From Mobula hypostoma (taxonomy: Eukaryota): 64,000 nt of DNA. The translations under genes and the position numbers were made by a program. A model generated the notes under the pieces. The model did not search any database. It was given only the letters and a program-made list of their open reading frames with translations, and was not told the origin of the DNA. The stretch covers positions 205,284,001-205,348,000 of the forward strand of contig NC_086097.1 of assembly GCF_963921235.1 (NCBI RefSeq), given 5' to 3'. Below, one piece after another: positions 39,201 through 51,077 of the stretch. The first letter of the stretch is position 1, and every line of letters begins with the position of its first letter.

Positions 39201-39580
39201 GCATGGGATCTCACTGAACCAAATGAATGTTGAAAGGATTAGATAGGATGGATGTGGAGAGGATGTTTCCTATTGTGAGGGTATCTGGAACTAAGGGGCA
39301 CAGGCTCAAAATTGAGAAGTGACCTTTTAGAACAGAGTTAAGTATGAATTATTTTAGCCAGAGAGTAGTGAATCTGTGGAATGCTCTACCACAGACTTCA
39401 CTGGAGGCCAAGACCATGTATATACTTAAGACAGAAGTTAATTGTTTCCTGATCGGTCAGGGTATCAAAGGATATGGCAAGAAGGCAGGTGTGTGGGTTT
39501 GAGTGGGATCCAGGATCAGCCATGATGGAATGGCAGAACAGACTTGATGGACTGAATGGCCTATGTGTCTTATGGTCTAA
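36288..39580 (+). mobile_element. CR1 LINE ORF2 relic interrupted by an LTR element
   Basis: FASVFTVED, QHGFCKRKSCLTNLLEFFEEVT, KFADDT motifs; 3' UTR ending CTTATGGTCT. Confidence 0.92.
36927..38246 (-). mobile_element. Internally deleted Gypsy LTR retrotransposon (CsRn1-like, TRIM-sized)
   Basis: 255-bp LTRs at 36927-37181 and 37992-38246; TSD GTCT on both sides; minus-strand PBS TGGTGACCCCGACG (tRNA-Trp); PPT GGGGAGCGGGGGGAG; gag KLPTFWTIKPLVWFEQAEAQF joined to a post-integrase-core segment LTVPGEFV. Confidence 0.92.
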
Positions 39581-39899
39581 TATTATCATGAATGATTACA
39601 CAGATATCACAACCTTGATCATGCCACAGAGAATGGATGCAGTACTTTATTGGGTTGAATCTCATTCATATCTTTGCAAGCTTTAGACTTCAAATCCAAG
39701 TAGTTCAACCAGCAGTGTCTTGTTCTGCTCTCTTTTCATCAAAGTAAGTCATGAGGATCAATGGCAACTTTTCATTACTCATGCAATTGGTAGGAACATC
39801 TCTGCTTTTTCAGAGTCCACATTACCTCAAAGAATGCTGGTGATCAAGATCTGGCAGTATCACATATGCAAAGCTATCCATATTATCATTTGGTCTTAA

Positions 39900-41290
39900 A
39901 AGTCACATACTGATTACACCATTTCAACAGATAAACCCAACCATCTTCCTCAGGCATAAGTTAGTCAAATGACAAGTCTTCTGTCTGTCTGTATCTTGTT
40001 TTACGGCGGTTGGCATCCATCTTAATGGTGCATTACCGCCAAATGACAAGTCTTTCTGGAGACATGTCTTTATATACCCTTCTGAGTGAGCAAGATGTGG
40101 GCAGGACTAATTGACTAGATCTGAGTTGCTTATTCCTGATTGGTTTGTTTGAATTGGTCATGTTCTGATTAGTCTTTTTTTTTAGCTAAACCCTCTTTAG
40201 GAATGTGTGGTCCCAGACTGGATCTATCTCTACACTCTTTGAAACTACATTTAGGTCCCCCACATACCCCATCTCTAATGATTCCCTAATATTTCTCTTG
40301 TAGGCATTCTCTTCCTTTCCAGGGATATTGACCTAATTAAATCTTGGTCAACATGAGCATGATAGGCAATATTCAGTGATCCCACTTTGTTCTGCTCTCA
40401 AGTTTTTTAAGACACTCTGTTCTGCTATCCAGGTCTTCAATGGTCTTCCAGTCTCACCAATATACACTTTTTGGCATAGTGATAGAGGTATGACGTACAC
40501 ACTTCCCTGGCAAAGTTCTTTAGGTCTTCTAGGTGCCATTTTACTTAGTCTTTTTCTAATTGTGTCCTCACTTTATACTATTAACTGGACACCATATTTT
40601 TGGCAAGTTCATCTTAGTTTTTCAGTTAAGCTACCACTGTATGGCACAGTAGCCATTCTATCTGGAGTTTGTCTTTGTTGTGGTGTTGTGTTGCACTCCA
40701 TTCCTTTCTCAGCTTTGTGCATTGGGTAGCCATTTTTCTTCAATGCTTCTCTGATCTTCTTGCACTCTTCCTCCTTTGCAGCTCAAGTTGGGCACAAGGT
40801 ATTTGCTCTTAGTGCCATGCCTCAAACAATGCCAAGAATTGTCTTCTTTGGATGATTTGACTGGAAATTCAGGTACTGATCTGTGTGGGTCTTCTTCTTA
40901 TAAACACTCAACTCCAGCTTATCTACCATCCATTTCACCATAACATCTAAAAATGGCAAAGTACCGTCATTTTCTACCTCTGTGGTAAACTATGTTGGCT
41001 TGTTCCTATTATTTAAATGTGTTAAAAATGCCTCAAATACTTCCTGACCATGTTTCCACAGGTTAAATGTATCATCCACATAGCGCAGCCATAAGTCTGT
41101 GTTTTTAGTTATTGTAGACAAAGCTTTTGTTTCAAGGCCATCTATGAATAAGTTGCACAGTACAGGAGATAGAGGAAATCCCATGGCCATTCCATCCTTA
41201 TGTCTGTAGAAATTTTTACTGAACTGGAAAACAGTGCAAGACACACACAATGTAGTCAGCTCCAAGATTTGCTGTAGATTCAATGTAGTC
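39900..41290 (-). mobile_element. Second-lineage Penelope-like element (RT + GIY-YIG relic)
   Basis: KDGMAMGFPLSPVLCNLFI, WLRYVDDTF, VYKKKTHTDQYLNF, VYVIPLSLCQKVYIGETGRPLK. Confidence 0.88.
39981..40039 (-). mobile_element. 59-bp retroposed LINE 3' terminus (possibly I/Nimb clade)
   Basis: Perfect 15-bp TSD CAAATGACAAGTCTT (39966-39980, 40040-40054); minus strand GCGGTAATGCACC...CCAACCGCCGTAAAAC plus (CAGA)n tail. Confidence 0.7.
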
Positions 41291-41594
41291 TTTCAAATTC
41301 AAATATGTGACACATGATGAAGTAAGCTGCTTGTCAATTGGAGCATCACTGTTGAAATTATATCTCAATTTGAAAATATGAAAGGTCTTACAGTTGTTTC
41401 AGAAGAGGATAAAGAATACTTCTTGTTTTCTTCAAATTGGTATGTACAATACTTGTGCATAAATATGTGGAAGAGCACAAATTTGTTATGTCAAATGTCA
41501 GATAGTTCCACTCAGTGCCCATAAAGTGATCAGCCGAACTTGTTTAGGGGACATTGTCAATCATTGTCAACCAACGTCTATCTCATTTAAGTAG

Positions 41595-42015
41595 GTTGGT
41601 TGTCTGTTGTTTGCAATGGTATGAAAAATCGTCATGACTGGAGACTTCCTTGGCTACAGTGGGTAGCCATGACACATTCTGTGCCTTGTCATGCCCTTTG
41701 CTCTTCACAAAGCATTGCAGCACTGCCTTCTTGAATGTTGGACCTTGTAGGTGATCTCATCGGCCCAGTCTGCCGGAACTAGCTTTACATGCTGAGGGTA
41801 GGTATATCCCTATCTCACCAGGGTTGGAAGCTCCCCGCTACCTTCACCTGGTTTAGCCTGCCTGTCAAAATGCTGGACCAGAGTGCGGCCACTGTTGCAT
41901 GCAAACAGTTACTTGGAGCCACAGGTTGGCAGGTGGGGACCAGAGGTGGACGAGCTGCCCCTGGGTGGACCACAACAAGCCTGCCACTCGAGGTGCTACC
42001 CCTCCCTGGACACGC
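41595..42015 (-). mobile_element. GC-rich non-coding retroposon, probably RTE-related
   Basis: Minus head GGTAGCACCTCGAGTGGCAGGCTTGTTGTGGTCC resembles RTE 5' UTR starts; (CAAC)n-like tail; no clean TSD. Confidence 0.5.
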
Positions 42016-43289
42016 CATATACCATTTAACTGTAGTTATCAGTGAACTACGCAATTGGGAAGCTATGGGAAAAATAGTACACCTAATTTTTCCACAAATT
42101 GCTGCTATTAGAATTGAGGCCATCTTACACCGCTGAAAAAGCTGAAGATATAATGAAGAAGGTATCTGCAACAAAATGTCATGAAGTAATGATGACTGAC
42201 ATATCCAGAAGAGTAACTCAGGGTGCCACTGACATTCTGATTCAATGTCCATAATTTCGTGGAGAGACATGAAAAACAATCCCTGCTTGTGTTACTTAAG
42301 TACGAGGTTGTACTTGACCATTCTAAAAGGGTGATGATTAAACAAATAATATTTGCACCTCTTGAAGATATATGCATTATTTATAATTTATTTAATAATA
42401 ACCTGCCAATGTGATACATGACAAAATTGAAAAACACTGTAATTTCTTTTCCATCGCTATTGTGCATCTGAAGTCAGCTTCAGCTCCTCCTGTCCTTTAT
42501 TCAACCAGTTTGAAGTATCATCTCATTCATGGACATAAGCAATTGCCTTACTTATTAGTGTGCTTGTAAACATTGCCAAAGGCTCTCGTGGTTAATATCG
42601 CTTCTTAGAAAATGTCTAACTGCCAACATTTCTAACTTCAGTTACCTCTAATGCAGACTTAGAAAACTCATGACAGCAACACGTACCACATGCACACATC
42701 AATCACAATGTCAAACCCCAGCTCCTTCACAGCAGTGATGAATCACTGGGGAAGGCAAGTGGATTTATTCAAAGTGCAAACAATGTTACCTCACAATTCT
42801 TGAATCATTGGAGCTTTATTAAAAGGCATATTTAAACTCAACATCATTATTTAACAACTGTATCAACACTCATTCTGCTTCTCTACAAATTGTCTCCTCC
42901 AAATCTTATTTTAAAATAAAATGGTGTTGGGAGGCTATCACAGTTTTTTCATGCACCAGAACCTCCCAGTCAATAATACTGATGCACAAAGTAAATATTG
43001 TTCCTTTGGGACTATACTCAACTAACTCAGGTAGAGATACCTTCCACCTTCTTTACAGCCATGAGGGTGGCTATGCACAACTCCAATACCATCTACAAAT
43101 TCACCAAGAACACAGTAAATTAATGGTGCACTCAGATGCAGCAGCCACTCTGGGTTCAATGTATTCTGCACTTGTTCATCTTGTACATTCTTCCTTATGA
43201 TCGCGTTACTGCTGGATGCTCAGCACATCAAGTACTGCAGGACTATCCCATCTGAGTTGCTGAATAGCAATGGAATTGGACTTATTGTA

Positions 43290-43893
43290 TACTGTTGCTG
43301 TGTTATCTTCTGGACTTGTTGCATAGCATTGTGCCAAGACAGAGCGCAAGCCGACAAGCAGAGGAAGTAATTGTCTTGAACACCTTTATTGTGAGTGCAA
43401 GATCCTGCTGGACATTGGTAACATTGAATACTGCAAATCCAGTTTTCTGGTCCATTAGTGAGACTGATAGCAGGGGAGTTGTGTGTCTCAGCTGTGACGA
43501 GGCCTAGGCCGAGGCTGAGGTGTGACCTGTTGCAGCTACCCAAGGAAGGAGAGCTGAGGTGGTGTGTGAGAGAGCAAGGGCTTTCATTGGGCTTGCTGGA
43601 AACTGTACTGGGTTGGGGACTGCAGTCCAGTACATTTGCTCGGTGGAAGAACAAGCTGGACCAAGAGAAATATAGTCATGCCACTCAGGGACTTGGGCTA
43701 ACTTTGTTTTCTTTGTGACTGTATGTTTTTCTGAAATCATAATCATATGTGCTATTTGTGCAATATTCTAGGTGCACTGTGCTGCGTGCTGTCTGATGTT
43801 GCTAATATGTTTCGCACCTTGGACCTGGGGAAATGCAGTTTTGTTTTGGCTATATTGATATATGGTGGAATGATAATTAAACAAACTTGAATC
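43290..43893 (+). mobile_element. Non-coding LINE-like retroposon
   Basis: T-rich 3' UTR-like end GCACCTTGGACCTGGGG...ATAATTAAACAAACTTGAATC lying between two Rex pieces; no ORF motifs. Confidence 0.45.
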
Positions 43894-44098
43894 TACATGT
43901 GTACAGAGTGAGAAAAAACATCTGGTTGAGTGGTGCTGCAGAAACATCCTCATATTTAATGTCAACAAAGCCAAAGAATTAATCCATGACATTAGGAGAG
44001 GTTGGGAGACCATGTGTTAGACCTCAATGGTGGATTAATTGTGGAAAGAATATGTAGCATTAAATTCCTGTGCTCTAACACCTCAATAATATGTCCAA

Positions 44099-44270
44099 GG
44101 TTCCAAAGGTAGTCATAGCCAAAGGGTGGTAGTAGGGACGAGCTCCCACTGTTAAACAAATGCTCTTCATGGCGTGCGTCTCAAACAGCTTCTGACAACC
44201 AAGTCCAACTCCTGGACTTCACGTGTGGCATAGTTATTATGCCCGGTGGAGCTGGTCTCACGGACAGGAG
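44099..44270 (+). ncRNA. Candidate HDV/CPEB3-like ribozyme at the RTE 5' end
   Basis: Proposed P1 GGTTCC/GGAGCT, P2 CTCCTG/CAGGAG, L3 TTCACGT, J4/2 CGGA in the correct order; P3 is imperfect and there is an extra hairpin. Confidence 0.4.
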
Positions 44271-44875
44271 AAGGGGCAAAGGCGGGCCACTGGCGCCTTA
44301 AAACCAGTTGCTCCGGGCAGATGGGGCTCGTTAACCACGGATGGCAGCTCATCTAGGAGAGGGAAAACTCCGATTTCAAACCTCCGCTGCCTTGCGACTA
44401 TACCCGCTCACTGGAAAGGCTTTGGGAGTAAACCCCGAGGAAAAACCTGGAGTCGGAGTCCCAAAGGCAGCTGACTGCTGTACCCAGCACCGGCATGGCA
44501 ACTCCTGCGATGCTGCTGGCACCAAACAGTATCAACTTTCGTCGTTCCTTTGGACCTGTCATCGGCATGGAGAGGGGAGTCCCACTGCATGGGCAACAGA
44601 CGAATCTCTGTTTCAACTCTTCCCTGGCTTGCACCCTGGAGAGGCCAGTCCAGCTTCGCTTTATAGCGTCGGACAAACACGGGAAGCAGCAGTTACCGGT
44701 TATAAGTCATAATGCTTGATTGGCGTAGAGCATGGTGCCAAGGGTTGCCTTCGACGGTGGGAGAGACCATCACATTTCACAGGACAGCTACCGCCAACCT
44801 CAAGCTGGGCAGCCCCCAGCCAATAAGGTGCTGCCCCGCCAAAGTCAGTCTTCCTCACTGAGTGCATGGGGATAA

Positions 44876-45877
44876 CCCTGGACAACAAATTTTTTCAAAA
44901 GTGTTGCTTCCTCAGAATTTTTTTTTTGTTTATGATAGACTGCTCAAAGATGAACATAAATATAATTTCAGACTACTTGTATCACGTAGGAATTTGGAGA
45001 AACAACAAATTAACTTTTATTGAATATGATGTTTTTAATTGCATAATGGTGCTGATGCTTTGCAATTGTTCAACTAAGTTAAAAATGTTTTGTTAATGAT
45101 TTTCATTTGTACTCAGTGTCTGAGGCTTCTCGCTTAAGTGTCCAACAAATAATTCGCCAGCATTGATGAACTCCAGTTGCCCTGGTATCTTTTCTCCATG
45201 ACCATAATGTCCTGGTGAAGCCTTTCACCATGGTTGTCACTAACAGCACCAAGATTTGCAGGGAAGAAGTCTAAATGGGAATGCAGAAAATGAATCTTTA
45301 GTGACATGTTGCATTTCATGGTTTTATATGCTTGAAGCATGCTTTCAACCAGCTGCATGTAGTTTGGTGCTCTGTAGATGCCGAGAAAATTTTTCAACAA
45401 CTTCCTTGAATGCCTTCCATGTGATTTTCTCTGGTCCCACTAGAAATTCCTCAAATTGCCTGTCATTGATGACCTGTTTGATTTGTGGACCAACAAAAGT
45501 ACTTTCCTTAAACTTGGCATCAGTTATTCTGGGAAGCACCTGTCTTAAATATCACAATCCTTCATAGAAAATTTTTGTGCCTGGTGATAGCAAATTCCAT
45601 CCTTACAGTCCTGAACCCAATAATTATTGTCCTGCCATGCAGCAGCCGCGCCACTTAAGTATGCCCAAGCATGCCTGGACAAGATAGGAAACTTTCCAGC
45701 TTACATTGTAGGCAACATTTTAATTGGCTTGAATTATGAATTGAAATAATAAACATAAGTGATTTCAAAAAATGGTGCGTGATAGGGAAATTTCATGGTG
45801 ATTTTCATGATCAGTGGCCCAAAACACATAAGATACACCTAAAGGTATTCAGGAAGCAAAATCTTTGTTGTCCAGTG
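44876..45877 (-). mobile_element. Chapaev3-like (CMC) DNA transposon deletion derivative inside the RTE 5' UTR
   Basis: TIRs CCCTGGACAACAAA / TTTGTTGTCCAGTG; TSD TAA; minus-strand FVGPQIKQVI, CNMSLKIHFLHSHLDFFPANLGAVSDNHGERLHQDIMVMEKRYQG. Confidence 0.9.
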
Positions 45878-48800
45878 TAATGGATTATTCCACGAAGAGC
45901 TGACTGTAACTACTGCACCAGACAAGAAAAAAAAACAAATCAAATGAGACAACACCCCTCAAATTGGAATGTTGGAATGTCCGTACAATGACGATTGGAC
46001 TTGTCCAAAACCTCAGGGATATTGAAGATGCATGAAAAACAGCAGTCATAACAATGAGCTACTAAGGCTCAAGGTAGATATAGCAACCCTACAAGAAACA
46101 CATTTGGTGGATTCAGGTACACTGAAGGAAAGGGACTACACATTTTCCTGGCAGAGAAAGAACCAAGACGAGCCCACGAGCATGGAGTGGGTTTTGCCGT
46201 TAGGAACTCCTTGTTGCAAATGGTGGAGACACCAGAAAATGGATCAGAATGACTTATAACTCTCCACCTACACACCAGTCATGGCCCAGTATCTCTCGTC
46301 AGTGTGTATGCCCCGACCTTGAACTCCACCTCTGAGGCAAAAGATATGTTCTACGACAAGTTAGAAGCTGTTGTCAGGAATATTCCCAGTGATGAGCACC
46401 TCATTCTCCTTTGTGACTTCAACACCAGAGTGGGAGCCGATAATGATTCCAGGCCATTTTGTCTTGGCCACTTTGGAATTGGTAAAATAAGTGACAATGG
46501 ACAACGTCTCCTGGAGTTCTGCTCCTATCATGGCCTGTGTGTAACTAACTCCTACTTTCAGACAAAGTCGCAGTACAAGGTCACATGGTGACATCCACGG
46601 TCAAAACACTGGCACCAACTAGACATGATCATCACCAGGTGCTCTTTCATCAACTCTGTACTAATCATCCACTCATACCACAGTGCAGACTGTGGTACGG
46701 ATCATGTTCTAGTATGCTGCAAGATCAAACTACATCCAAAGAAAATCCACCACTCCAAACAAACTGGAAAACCTCGCATCAACACAACAGAGGTGAAACA
46801 GTCAGAAAAGGTTGACCAGTTTGCCAAGTCAGTACAGGATGCCATGACTACCTCCTCACAAGGAGATACTGCAACAGAACAATGGTCACACCTTCGCAAC
46901 ACCATCCACTAATCAACACTCTGTATCTTTGGAAGAAAGACCACAAAGAGCAGTGACTGGTTTGAGGCAAAGTCCAACATCATGACTCCTGTCATCGAAG
47001 CCAAGCGTGCAGCTCCCATAGAGTACAAGCGCTCACCATCTGACCAAACACTCCAGGCACTTCGAGCTGTTAGAAACAAAGTACAACAGACCACAAAGCA
47101 ATGCACAAGTGAGCAATGGCTCCAGCTCAGTGAGGAGAATCAGACAGCAGCTGTGACAGGCAACATTAGCTCGACATATGATGGTATCAAGAAGGCCCTT
47201 GGCCCATTGCAGAGCAAGACAGCACCCTGAAGTTATCCAGCGGTGAAATAATCACTGATAAAAGCAAGCAGATGGAATGCTGGGTAGAACACTACTCTGA
47301 GCTCTGCTCAAGGGAAAATGTTGTTGTTAGCTCAGCCATTGAGGACCTCAGCAAGGCAATTGACAGTCTGGCCCCAGGGAAAGCTCCTGTCAGTGATGGG
47401 ATTCCTCCAGACCTGATCAAACACTGCAAGAGCTCACTTCTCCAACCTTTACACGAGGTCTTCCATTAGTGCTGGAAGGAAGGAGCCGTACTACAGGATA
47501 TGCGCGACTCCAAAATCGTCACTTTGTACAAGAACAAGGGTGATAGGAGTGACTGCAACAACTACAGGGGTATCTCCCTCCTGAGTATTGTCAGCAAAGT
47601 CTTTGCTTGTGTAACTCTGGCACGTCTACAAACTCTGGCAGAACAGGTCTACCCTGAGTCCCAATGTGGTTTTCACTCAAGGAGGTGAACTATCGACTTT
47701 CTCACTCTGTCACTTCAGGAGAAGTGCAGGGAACGACCAAAACTCCTCTATGTCGCTTCCATCGACTTGACCAAGGCTTTCGGCCTTGTCAGAAGGGATG
47801 GGCTCTTTCAAATTCTCCTCAAGATCGGCTGTCCCCTGAAACTCCAAAGTATCATCAAGTCATTTCATGATGACATGAGGGCTACTGTTCAGTACGATGG
47901 CAGCTCATTGCTATTCGTAGTGGAATCAAACAAGGATGCGCGTTGGCCCCAACATTATTCGGCATCTTCTCTCTGCTGTTGAAGCATGCATTTGGGACAT
48001 CAGCAGAAGGCATCTACATGCACACCGGGTCTGATGGGTGGCTGTTCAACCCTGCGTGCCTGAGAGCATGAACAAAGGTGCAAAAGATCTTATTATGTGA
48101 CATGCTCTTTGCCAATGACGCTGCTATAACCTCGCGCACCAAACAGCAACTACAAACTCTCATGGACCGTTTCTCTAAGGCATGCAAGGACTTTGGGCTT
48201 ACCATCAGCCTAAAGAAAACAAATGTCCTTGCCCAGCACATAGTGGAGACACCAGTCATTACCTTTGACAATTATGATCTAGAAGTGGTCCACGAGTTCA
48301 CATACTTGGGGTCGACCATTAGCAACACTCTCTCCCTCGATGCTGAAATCAACAGGCGTATCGGCAAAGCGGCATTGATCCTTGTTTGACTCTCCTCGTG
48401 GGTCTGGGAGAATCTGAAACTCACTACAAAAGCCAAGACTGCTGTGTATAATGCATACGTTATAAGCACCCTCCTGTATGATAGCGAGACTTGGACCATC
48501 TACTCCAAGCAGGAGAGGAAACTCAATAGTTTTCACCTGCGCAGCCTTCACTGCATCCTTGGCATCACCTGGAGAGACAAAGTCCCAGGCTCTGAGGTCC
48601 TCTCCTGTGCTGGACTTCCCACAATCTTCATGCTTTTAAAACAATGCAGACTGCGCTGGCTGGGCCATGACCGTCGTATGAAGGATGGTAGACTGCCAAA
48701 GGACATCCTCTACGGAGAACTAGCAACAGGCAAGAGGAACATTGGTAGACCCCAGCTTCGCTTCAGGACCTCTGTAAACGTGACATGAAAGCCCTAAAAA

Positions 48801-50171
48801 TCAACACAGAGTCTTGGGAGGATACAGCAGATGACCACGACAAATGGCGAGGTACTCTTCAGCAACACTTAGAGCGAGGCGAAAGAGTGATCCTGAGTCA
48901 GTTTGAGGAGCGGAGAGCTAAACGGAGAGCACAGCGGACAGCGGACAACAATTCCACAGCACCCTACACATGCAGCAACTGTGGTAGAGCCTGCCGTTCC
49001 AGGATCGGCCTCAATAGCTACAGTCAACGCTGCTCGATAAACCAGTGACTACCAAAGGCGTAGTACCCATGGTCAACCATAACCAATGGAGGCCACACAT
49101 AATATGTCCTGTGCTCACAATGGCATTCCAGTGCCTCTGCCCTCTTAGAAAATTAAAGAAATATGATATGTCACCAAATACTCTAACAAGCTTCCACAGA
49201 TGTAATATGAAGTACCATGATTGATTACAACATGGTCTAGCACAGCAACTTCAATGCGTAGGAATGGATAAAGTTACATTGAGTAGCGTCTTGGCCCAGT
49301 CCATTACAGGGACAACCCACCTCACCACTGGTAGCTTCTGTAGGAGCTGCTGCCTCAAGAAGGGCAGCAGCTATCAACAATGATGCCCAACATCCAAGTT
49401 GTGCCCCCTTCTTGCTGCTACCATCAGCAAGTTCTGCACCATAGGTTCTTTTCACAACCATCAGATTCTTGATCTGACCTGATCATACTTCAGCAATGGA
49501 ACAATACTCCCGTTTGCACTGCCATCGACTTATTTGTGATGTTGTGCTTTTTTGCACTAATGTTTTGAACTTTTTCTCTTTTTCATAATTTCTACTATAT
49601 TTGCACGTACCTGTGTAACTTCTGCTTTGTGTTGCTTTAAACCACATACTTGAGATGCTGCAAGTTTTTCATGGTACTTTATACCTCATTGTGCACATAA
49701 CAATAAACACAACTTTTCACATCAGTTTTAATTATACAAGACTACCTGACATTTATTACTATTCAACATGTATAACTAGGTAAAATGAAAACCTGAGTTG
49801 AAAATAAGATTAAAAATGCATATGTGTATGTAAATGTTATTGTCAGGTAATAATATGCATCAATCCATTCAATAAACAGCAAGTAAAAGTAATTAGAATC
49901 AAAAACATGAAAACATACCATATAACAATGATTTATGCCACCACATTTTCATTCTTCCAAGCTTTAAGCATACATGCATTTGATTTAATATTGGTATGTA
50001 GTTAGCACCAAACCATTTCATGATTAGACAATCATAATGCTTTTTGTTTTGAAAGATTTTTCAACAAGAAAAAATCATTTTTGTCTTGACTCCTGAATCC
50101 TACATCAGTTACTTAAAGCTACACAATATTTTGCTTAATTGCAGCAAAGAAACATTGATCATTATAACAGG

Positions 50172-51077
50172 TGTTACGTACCCCGTAACTGGGTTGCCAA
50201 ACCAGCAGAAATGGATCACTCAGTTGGAGTCTGGATTACTAGAACTAAGAAAGTTTTATTAAAGAAACAAGCAACACAGTACTCTAATCAAAAGGATAAT
50301 AAATGCAACAGTTCAGCAATGATAAACACACACGTACACAGAATTAAAATAACAGGATCAATCAAGCTCTATCGTTGTCTAGGGGTAAATGACCAGTTTC
50401 AAAGTGACGCAAAGTTCAGTTCAAGTTAGTTCAGTTCAGTTCACAGTAATCACTGCCGTGGGAGATGGACAGTGTGGGGGGGAAGGAGAGAGAGAGCAAA
50501 ATGAATGAATATTCAAAACAGCTTCCACACAGACCTTCGATATTCTTCGCAGTCAGCTTTCATGCGAGCCCTTTGTGATGTCATCTGAGGTCACCGACCA
50601 TGACCCCTCCATTTCCAGATACGATCGTTTCTCTGTGGTGAATCTGGCACCCAGGCAAGGGCGGAAACGCACCAGGTTCCCGCTGATCGTGCCTTTCCAC
50701 CCTGTGCGTCTATGGCCTGGTCCTGCAACCGGCCTTCCAAAACTTCCCACCGACTTGTGGGAGACGCACCGCTTCCAGGGTCTCGTTACCTCGGGTGTCG
50801 TGTGTGTGTTGCCTTAGCGAACCTATCCCTTTTTATCCCCGTGCTAGCGTATCGCCTGTCCATCACTTCAAACAGTTCAGGGTTCAAAGGGGGGAGCCGA
50901 TCTTGACAGCTCTCCTTCCGTTACTCTCTCCCGTCCCTTCATTAACATCTCCAAATGCTGCTCCATTGTTTTCCTTATCTCTCTTTCTCCTGAAGACAGG
51001 TGGCAGACCCAGCTGCTGATCCTACTGGTGCCAGCCCAGGCCAGCTAACATCTTAATTTATGTGTATTCTTGTCATA
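50172..51077 (-). mobile_element. Solo LTR (906 bp)
   Basis: TGTTAC...TGTCATA ends, 4-bp TSD CAGG on both sides, AATAAA and a TATA-like ATAAAAAGG on the minus strand, CpG-rich relative to its flanks. Confidence 0.75.

Larger units (their letters stand above)
44097..49098 (+). mobile_element. Full-length RTE-clade LINE (decayed EN-RT ORF ~45900-49048)
   Basis: 11-bp TSD ATAATATGTCC (44086-44096, 49099-49109); CWNVRTM, DIATLQETHL, VYAPTL, CDFNTRVG, NYRGISLLS, YPESQCGF, LFANDAA, FTYLGSTIS, RLRWLGH, C-terminal CSNCGRACRSRIGL. Confidence 0.93.
42900..49715 (+). mobile_element. Old Rex1/Babar-like LINE split into pieces (~42900-43100, 43900-44096, 49110-49715) by later insertions
   Basis: YRVRKNIW/LVEWCCRNILIFNVNKAKELI then KFLCSN before the RTE; LRKLKKY and AAAINNDAQHPSCAPFLLLPS after it. 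Confidence 0.65.

Noticed and set aside
39915..39958. Hammerhead-like CTGAGGA...TGAAAT on the minus strand at the end of the second Penelope lineage
   Set aside because: Position is plausible, but the stems and cleavage triplet are too degenerate to support a call.
42105..42165. AG...GT-bounded LRPSYTAEKAEDIMKK as a micro-exon
   Set aside because: Weak acceptor and weak donor (GTATCT); no neighbouring exons or homology recognised.
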